Assembly (NCBI GenBank): GCA_964621445.1
Contig: CAZUNO010000045.1
Location: 1 to 13,674, forward strand
From: Candidatus Hadarchaeota archaeon
Lineage (GTDB): Archaea; CAYQAE01; CAYVLA01
Length of the DNA: 13,674 nucleotides
Direction: 5' to 3'
Part shown: piece by piece, positions 7,700 to 13,674 of the stretch
How the letters are laid out: every line of letters starts with the position of its first letter
Position numbering within the stretch: the first letter of the stretch is position 1
The notes under the pieces: model-generated
Database searches by the model: none
Seen by the model: only the letters and a program-made list of their open reading frames with translations
What the model was told of the DNA's origin: nothing
Program-made: the position numbers and the translations under genes

Positions 7700-7777
7700 T
7701 TAGGTCACGATGATGTTCCCGTCGGGAACATCGATGTACGGTCCTTCCCTGCCGTAGGCGACCTTGAACCTCGGCAA
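7700..7777 (-). pseudogene. Possible N-terminal remnant of a LarA-like (lactate racemase/DUF2088) gene
   Basis: TTG 7777 reads MPRFKVAYGREGPYIDVPDGNIIVT*, resembling the LarA N-terminal pattern 'hxhxYG....h.hPD.N'. It points into the IS right end. Confidence 0.3.
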
Positions 7778-7851
7778 AGGTTAGGAATTGGCAGGGGACC
7801 ACCAATATTTTTTTATTAGTAAGGCTCACCCGAGTTTCGGGAGACGCGTAG

Positions 7852-8718
7852 ATGCGGGAAGCTTTCGGCATGGATGCCAGCTTGATTTCCATTATTCTCA
7901 TCGTTCTCATAACCTCGGCTCTGGTGGTGTTCACCTTGGCACAGGAGGATATCGAATCCCCGGTGGAAGTCCTGAAGAACATATACCCGGAGAAGATGTA
8001 CAGTCAGGCCTCGGTGACAACCAGGGAGAAGATGGATTTCTCCTTCACGGTGGCCGCTAGGAGGGAGATGAAATCTCTTGAGATTCAATATGTTACCTTG
8101 ATCGAGACGGATCCACCGGCTACATCTTTGCAGCCGGGTTCTCCTCTGGAGCAGATAGCTGAAAATATCAGTACCATTGCCACCTTGAGCCGGGAGAGCC
8201 AGAACCCCTACCTTGAACGGGAGGTAAGGCCCCTTGACGTTCACTTTCAAAACACCAATTATCAGGGACTTTTCTATGATTTTCCGGTCGTTAGGTACTA
8301 CTCAACCTCCGACACGACCGATCAAGTGGTAACTTCATTTCTGATTCTGGATAACGGCACCAATATCCTGTACTTTGAGGGAATATCGGATTTCTATATC
8401 CACCGGTTGGGTCGCTACGCGAGCACCTCCATTCCCGCTGAGGAGAGAAACCGGAGTTCGATTGACGGCCTGAGAATTCGTAGAAATGAGAACGTCACTT
8501 ACTTCTCCTCGGCTCCGGATGTGCCCTCGGATTGGCTACCCATAACCTCGGTTCCCGAGAAGGGGAGGGTTGTTTTTCGGGATGTGGAGAAACATGACAC
8601 CTTTTCCATCGATTTCACAATAGAGATACCCAGGAGGCCCGCGGGGGTCTCGGGTCATGTTATAAGGGTTTATGCGGACGGCGAGTTGTCGGCGATGAGG
8701 CTAAACTTGGTGGAGTGA
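7852..8718 (+). CDS. Hypothetical exported or membrane-anchored protein (start may be ATG 7870)
   Basis: 288-codon ORF with one N-terminal hydrophobic helix and a beta-rich-looking body; 5 nt from the next gene, so probably one operon. No family recognised. Confidence 0.75.
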   Translation: MREAFGMDASLISIILIVLITSALVVFTLAQEDIESPVEVLKNIYPEKMYSQASVTTREKMDFSFTVAARREMKSLEIQYVTLIETDPPATSLQPGSPLEQIAENISTIATLSRESQNPYLEREVRPLDVHFQNTNYQGLFYDFPVVRYYSTSDTTDQVVTSFLILDNGTNILYFEGISDFYIHRLGRYASTSIPAEERNRSSIDGLRIRRNENVTYFSSAPDVPSDWLPITSVPEKGRVVFRDVEKHDTFSIDFTIEIPRRPAGVSGHVIRVYADGELSAMRLNLVE

Positions 8719-8723
8719 TGTAG

Positions 8724-9695
8724 TTGAGAACCGAGATGTCAATTCTTGTTGTCATTTTTCTAATCCTGGTTCCTACCGTCAGCTGTGCTGAGTTATTCGA
8801 GCCCCTGGTAGTGGTTTACGCCGGAAAAATGGATTACGGGGAGGCCCTGGTCTCCATCATCAACCAAACCGGTACCAGGGCCGTGTTGGCCGAGAGCGAC
8901 TGCGTGCTTAAGTCATTGATCAGTTTACCCCAAGTCAGGTGCGTGGTTATAGCCGCCCAGAACCCGTCCGATTTTGATTTTCTAAGGCAGTTTTCACCAA
9001 TTATGGTTCGGTATTTTCGTCAAGGTGGGTCATTGGTCGGTATCGGTCCCTGTTGCGGCTCTGATATTGAGGAACTTTCCACCACCGTCTTCCCGGTAGG
9101 CGGTAACGCCACCGGAAAGGGACGCCCCATCGATGGTTCATTCGGTTCCAAATACGTGTTGTCCAAGGTCCTGGAACCCATCACCGGATCGCTTCCCTCG
9201 AGTTTCGTGGTAACTCAGAGCGAGTTCGTATACCGAAAGGGGAAGGAGGGCGCCTTGGGCCCCTATAGCGATCTGGGAGAGACAGGGGTTCTCTACAGGG
9301 ATGAGACCACAAATGCGCCCATGGTGGTTACCCTTGAGGGCGAAGATGGGGGGAGAACCGTTTCCATGCCTGGCTGCCGGGTAGCCAATGTCGAGCGGCT
9401 GCCATTCTATTGGGAGCGTCTGGTCGATGCGGATGAATTCAAGAATCTCTTACAGGGATCGGTGACCTGGGCAATGGAGGGCTGCCGGCGCTACGGAGAG
9501 ATGGCCGAATCGGCCGAGCAGGATCTAGAGCAGGAAGGTGAAAGACTGCAGAGCGTGGTGGAAGCGGGCGATGAACTAAGGGAGAAGTCAAGGCAAAACA
9601 GAATTATGCTTCTGGCATTTTTGTGGTCGGCGGCTATAGTTTTTCAGGCGTTCCTGGTTTTCAAATATATAATTCCCGCGTTGCGAGAGACCTAG
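8724..9695 (+). CDS. Membrane-anchored exported protein with class I GATase-like domain
   Basis: Signal peptide ending VSCA, 'YFRQGGSLVGIG' and 'GEDGGRTV' motifs, 'LLQGSVTWA' helix, acidic coiled-coil stalk and C-terminal TM; same overall architecture as 4356..5603. Confidence 0.7.
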   Translation: MRTEMSILVVIFLILVPTVSCAELFEPLVVVYAGKMDYGEALVSIINQTGTRAVLAESDCVLKSLISLPQVRCVVIAAQNPSDFDFLRQFSPIMVRYFRQGGSLVGIGPCCGSDIEELSTTVFPVGGNATGKGRPIDGSFGSKYVLSKVLEPITGSLPSSFVVTQSEFVYRKGKEGALGPYSDLGETGVLYRDETTNAPMVVTLEGEDGGRTVSMPGCRVANVERLPFYWERLVDADEFKNLLQGSVTWAMEGCRRYGEMAESAEQDLEQEGERLQSVVEAGDELREKSRQNRIMLLAFLWSAAIVFQAFLVFKYIIPALRET

Positions 9696-9945
9696 CTACA
9701 ATCTCCTTTAAACGGTCGCTTCGTCCTCGATAGTGGTTCTTCCTATCCCATTAGGATTATTCCGTCCCGGGAGCGGATCACCTCGTCGTCAGGCGGGCTC
9801 GTAATACTTCGGTCCGGGTGATCGGCCTTGACAAAGATAACGAGCGTTGCCCCGGTTCCTGGCCTAGGCTGACCAAAGCCTCGGCCACGGTTTTCCCGTC
9901 AATGGGAGTTGCTTTTACCTTGGATTCCCGCAGGTCGGCACGTCG
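9692..9945 (-). pseudogene. RCK_C (TrkA-C) domain remnant
   Basis: Minus strand reads DLRESKVKATPIDGKTVAEALVSLGQE, then after a shift near 9855 GATLVIFVKADHPDRSITSPPDDEVIRSRDGIILMG*EEPLSR. This fits the RCK_C pattern 'GKTl.E..lR.etGat.v.v....P..d..i...D.l.l.G..e.l'. One frameshift and one stop (9743-9745). Confidence 0.5.
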
Positions 9946-10026
9946 TCAACCAAATTGGAGACATTTGCTCAAAACCGAGCTAGCTAGCATCCTTCCGGTC
10001 AAGGTCCCGGAGCGATCACCCTTGCT

Positions 10027-11157
10027 CTAACGGAGAAGATGTTTGTTCCCCACCCTCACCCTTTCTAGTCCCTGGTCCTGGGCGACCTCCTGGGCCCTGA
10101 ATGCCAGGTCCCTCTCGGTTGTTGGTAGATCGCTCAGTTTGTAGGCTGGGGCAAAGGCCAGCAGCGAGTAGGGGATGGAGGGATCGATCCCGCTTATGAA
10201 CCGGGCGATCCTAGCCACCTCCTCCACATCTATGTACCCGGGCACCAGGAGGGTCGAGGCCCGCAGGAAGGGCGGTTCCTCCCTTCGGGAGTGGAGCTCT
10301 CCTAAATGCCTGAAGTTGTCGTAGGTGGGCTGGTTGTCCAGGCCGGAAAGGACCCGGTTCAGGTTACCGTCCCGGGCCTTGAGGTCGAACTTGATCCCGC
10401 CCCCGCTCTCCAGTGAGATCTCGGCGATCTTCTCCAGCCAGCGAGGAGAGAAATTGCCGTTGGCCTCCAGACATATCCTGAACATCCTGTCCTCCCCCCT
10501 CGCCTTGTCCCTCAACACCCTGGACACCCTGTGGACGAAGGGCGACTGTGGCTCGGGGGTTCCCCCGAACCAGCACAGACAGGTGATGGACTCGTCGGAC
10601 AGGACCTCCTCCACCAGGTCCTCGGCGTCAAGCAAGGGACGTCCCTGTGATGCCATCCGGTGCCAGCTGGTGTTTTGGCAGTACAGGCAGTCATAGCAGC
10701 AGGTGCCTAGGAACACCGCGGCGTTGTTGTATCCCGTATCTCCCTGTGGGGTCTTGGCGTAGCTCGGGTACCCCGAGCCCGTTCCGCCCGCACAGCACCA
10801 GCCGGGGATGCAGTTGGTGGGGTGAGGGTCCCTGTACCAGGACCCCACCGCCGTCCGGGAAGTTCCAGGATCGCGCACCAATTTTCCCTCAACGTTCCGG
10901 GAGAGGTTACAGTAACCACGTTCCCCCTCGGGGATTCGACAGTTGTTGGCGCAGTGAGTACACTCCGCCCCCTCCCGATCCCTGGGAACGGCCGGGGGAA
11001 GTCCGATGGCTCTTCTGCTACGGGCGTGGACCCCGTCCGCGATCTCGAGAGCCCTATCGGGCCGGTCGCGAATGCAGTTCAGGCAAACTGATAGCACTCT
11101 GGAGATCTTGTCGCTCTCCCGGCCACAGAGCTCACATCGTCCCTGTATCCTAAACAA
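10027..11157 (-). CDS. Radical SAM protein, PflA-like/AmmeMemoRadiSam-related family
   Basis: CxxxCxxC in GTCCYDCLYCQN; 'CWFGGTPEP', 'LEANG', 'IKFDLKA', 'STLLVPGY', 'YSLLAFAPAY' and 'VRVGN' motifs; N-terminal CxxC..CxxC and CxxCxxxC...GYC Cys clusters. Confidence 0.9.
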   Translation of the reverse strand: MFRIQGRCELCGRESDKISRVLSVCLNCIRDRPDRALEIADGVHARSRRAIGLPPAVPRDREGAECTHCANNCRIPEGERGYCNLSRNVEGKLVRDPGTSRTAVGSWYRDPHPTNCIPGWCCAGGTGSGYPSYAKTPQGDTGYNNAAVFLGTCCYDCLYCQNTSWHRMASQGRPLLDAEDLVEEVLSDESITCLCWFGGTPEPQSPFVHRVSRVLRDKARGEDRMFRICLEANGNFSPRWLEKIAEISLESGGGIKFDLKARDGNLNRVLSGLDNQPTYDNFRHLGELHSRREEPPFLRASTLLVPGYIDVEEVARIARFISGIDPSIPYSLLAFAPAYKLSDLPTTERDLAFRAQEVAQDQGLERVRVGNKHLLR

Positions 11158-11622
11158 GTTCTTTCCAGTCCCTCCCCGATCTCCCCCTTCGGCCGGGGTT
11201 TATAGAATGCTGTCCTTTGGGATGCAAGTGAGAGCGTTTCCTCGATGGGGTTGTTGACTTCCCGTGTTTCGAAGTCGATCTAAACGAGATCCCAGCCAAG
11301 AATCTTGAGCCTCTGAAACCATAATCAAAGGGCGGATTATCGGGGGCACAATGACCTGAGAGCAAGGAGCAGCCTTCAAAACCGAACAATTCAGAGATGT
11401 GGACCCTCTTCAAGCTGATCTCGCCGACATCCAATAATCGGTCTAAACCTGGCCAAAACTGGGAGCGATACCAGGACTCAGGGAGACCCAAAGGGAGTAG
11501 CAACGACAATCCTTGTTCCTATGAATGGAGAGAGAATGTAAGCCTGGTGAAGGGTTATCAAACCTATCATTGGCTAAAACCCGCACATATTTTTAGTTCC
11601 TCTGTGCTAGGGCGAAGACAGA

Positions 11623-12237
11623 ATGAAGAGAAGGACGTTATTGGCCATCCTTATTCTGGTGCTCGTCCCCCTTCTAGGCACCGGGATATACTACTACACC
11701 GGGGATGGGACCGATGAGGACATCAAATCCATAGCCAGCATGTTCACCGGCGGCCGGCTGGAGATAGAGCTGTCCACACGGGATGCCCCCTTATCCTGGG
11801 AGAATTCCGCACCCGGCCAGGTTCATAACCAGAGCATCACCGTGAAAAACACCGGTAGCCTTAAGGTGGATCGTCTCTACCTCAGGGAGGCCAACTATAC
11901 CTGGAACGGCTCCGCCGATCTGTCCGAGGTGGTCCAGGTGTCGTACTTCAAGGAATATATTGATGGGGAGCCGGTGGGTTACCTTGAGGGCGGTAGGTAT
12001 GAGGAGCAGCAGGGGCTGGGGAACGGAGACGGGGTTCTTACCTTAAGCGAGCTGTTTGCCGCCTCTACGTCCGGTAACCCTGGATGGGATATATCCAGGG
12101 ATGTGGATCTGGAGCCGGGGTCATCGTACAGGCTTGAAATGGGTTTCGAGTTCCTGGAGTCGGCTGGTAACCGGTACCAGGGCTGCTCGTGTAGTTTTGA
12201 TTGGCTGGTGATGGCCGCTCAGGGAAACGAGGAGTAG
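11623..12237 (+). CDS. TasA/CalY (camelysin, peptidase M73-like) family protein
   Basis: Basic-hydrophobic N-terminus, then 'FTGGRLEIEL', 'ENSAPG', 'ITVKNTGSL', 'LEPG' and 'FEFLESAGNRYQG', the typical TasA-family motif order. Confidence 0.75.
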   Translation: MKRRTLLAILILVLVPLLGTGIYYYTGDGTDEDIKSIASMFTGGRLEIELSTRDAPLSWENSAPGQVHNQSITVKNTGSLKVDRLYLREANYTWNGSADLSEVVQVSYFKEYIDGEPVGYLEGGRYEEQQGLGNGDGVLTLSELFAASTSGNPGWDISRDVDLEPGSSYRLEMGFEFLESAGNRYQGCSCSFDWLVMAAQGNEE

Positions 12238-12256
12238 GACTAGGCCCGGTTCAGGC

Positions 12257-12601
12257 TCATTGGAGGAGCAGTATGATCCTCACGTTGGAGACCACGACCA
12301 TGAACAGCACCAGGTCGGCGAGAACCAGGAAGTACTTGAGCACCTGGCGGTGTTCCCTGATGGTGAAGAGGGCACCGATAACGATTGCCGATAGCATCAG
12401 TTTATAGGTCAGGAAGGGGGTGACCCCCAACGACAGGACGCTTCTTACTGCTGGATTTATCTCCCTGGCCTCACCGAAACCCGCGTCAGCTCCGTGGGCC
12501 ATGAGTGTGGTTCCCGTGTCCCATAGACCGAATAGGAGGATGAAGATCACCAGCAGGAAAATATTGGTCTCCTGAACCACTCTCCATATTCGGTGGGCCA
12601 T
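12257..12601 (-). CDS. DUF5658-like small membrane protein
   Basis: Three hydrophobic helices with 'WDTGTT', 'EINP', 'YKL' and terminal 'VVVSN' motifs. Confidence 0.7.
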   Translation of the reverse strand: MAHRIWRVVQETNIFLLVIFILLFGLWDTGTTLMAHGADAGFGEAREINPAVRSVLSLGVTPFLTYKLMLSAIVIGALFTIREHRQVLKYFLVLADLVLFMVVVSNVRIILLLQ

Positions 12602-12734
12602 GGAGACAGGGAGGGAAAGTTTGTTATATACTGGGCGGTTGGGATTCAGCCCTCGTCTAAAGCTTGTCGCACCTTTCCTGTAAACCTCGCAAAAGCACCA
12701 TGTCCCGGGGCGCCGAATTCACATGGAGCGCCCT

Positions 12735-13674
12735 TTACTCACCATCTTCGACCTGATAGAGGTACTTCACATCCCCGTCCAGGATGTAGTAGCTGTCCCC
12801 GCTGTGAATTATGGGTTTGAACGTCTCCTCGGCCACCGATGACAGGTCCTCGACGGACTGGACGCGGATAACCGCCCTCTCGATATCCTGAGAGGGCTCC
12901 CCTCCCTCCACTATCCTGTCCCTGACATCCGAGCTCAGGGAGTCCAAGGGGTCGCGGGGCATGGATCTCAGTTTCATGGCCGAGAATTCCGTCCCCAGGA
13001 CTAGAATCCCGGCTGCCAACAGGCTCATGATGCGGAGGGTGGAGACCTTGAGACCGAGGGACATGAAATTGACCCGTTTTGGGGATGATTCCCGGTGATC
13101 AATCACCCCTTCATCCGGAGGCGAGGAGTCCTCAAAGGTCAGCTTGTTGTCCCCCATGACCGTCTTCAGCGTTGGGGTGTATTGCCGCTGCACGGTCTTG
13201 GTTCCGGCCGAGAAGGTCACCTCGATCCGGGGCTGGACGGTATAGGTGTAGGAGGACCATCTCATGCCGGTTTCCTGCTCTATGGTGTCTATCATCTCCT
13301 GGATATCGCTCAGCGGCACCGAGTAGGTCTCGGTGAACGCCTTTCCCGCCGTCGTCTTCTCCTCGATAATCGTCATGCTTTTCTTCCATTCCCGTCCCTC
13401 CAGGGTCCCTGACACGCTGTACCTAATCTCGGGGGTCTCGATTTCGATGTCCCCCTCGCTGGTCAGCTGGTAGGACATTTCGATGTCCACTCCTTCCACC
13501 AGGGTCAGGAACGCGGTCTCCCCGGGCTCCAGGACCTCTCGGCCCCCGTACAGGGTGGAGGGTTCGACGTAAACCTTGCGGTCGAAGTCCAGGTTCTGGG
13601 AGTACCTCATGTCCACGACCCGCTGGTTTGTTTCCACCGGCCAGGTAAAGTTTAATGATACGGCGTACACCGAG
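12735..13674 (-). CDS. DUF5305-like protein, 5' end outside the window
   Basis: The ORF is open to the window edge. Extracellular beta-rich region, one TM, then cytoplasmic 'IRVQSVEDLSSVAEETFKPIIH...YYILDGDVKYLY' tail as recalled for DUF5305. Confidence 0.65.
   Translation of the reverse strand, partial: SVYAVSLNFTWPVETNQRVVDMRYSQNLDFDRKVYVEPSTLYGGREVLEPGETAFLTLVEGVDIEMSYQLTSEGDIEIETPEIRYSVSGTLEGREWKKSMTIIEEKTTAGKAFTETYSVPLSDIQEMIDTIEQETGMRWSSYTYTVQPRIEVTFSAGTKTVQRQYTPTLKTVMGDNKLTFEDSSPPDEGVIDHRESSPKRVNFMSLGLKVSTLRIMSLLAAGILVLGTEFSAMKLRSMPRDPLDSLSSDVRDRIVEGGEPSQDIERAVIRVQSVEDLSSVAEETFKPIIHSGDSYYILDGDVKYLYQVEDGE

Noticed and set aside
7712-7732. 9-bp hairpin GATGTTCCC-GTC-GGGAACATC
   Set aside because: Single copy, no T tract, and it lies inside the LarA-like stub; no function can be supported.
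172-13412. Short antisense or overlapping ORFs in the track (e.g. 172..393, 4404..5033, 7428..7982, 10325..10696, 10647..11153, 13095..13412)
   Set aside because: They are shadows of well-supported genes, with no recognisable motifs.
1-13674. CRISPR array, retron or other repeat array
   Set aside because: No regularly spaced repeats, cas genes or reverse-transcriptase motifs were seen.

Overview
Archaeal-looking window (TATA-like boxes about 25-30 nt before genes, frequent TTG/GTG starts, archaeal-type tRNA body, DUF5305/DUF5658/TasA-like genes; lineage is inference only). The left part (about 1-3900) is a visibly more AT-rich, defence-island-like block. It holds an AbiEi/AbiEii type IV toxin-antitoxin pair, with a palindromic operator candidate and a probably truncated toxin, plus a divergent RNase HII-fold protein split by one extra C in a CCCC run. 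The middle holds a GATase1-like membrane-anchored protein, a stand-alone class II tRNA and a decayed IS481-family element. The right part has two exported or membrane proteins, an RCK_C remnant, a PflA/AmmeMemoRadiSam-like radical SAM enzyme and a TasA-like/DUF5658/DUF5305 cluster. The most striking element is the tRNA at 5941-6025: it has a serine-type body (G73, long variable arm, GCC acceptor start) but a GAA (Phe) anticodon, so it is a candidate natural Phe-to-Ser mistranslating tRNA. Its 5' leader can pair either with the 3' trailer (10 bp) or with its own D/anticodon arm (9 bp), suggesting a folding switch. All family assignments are by motif recognition; no searches were run.
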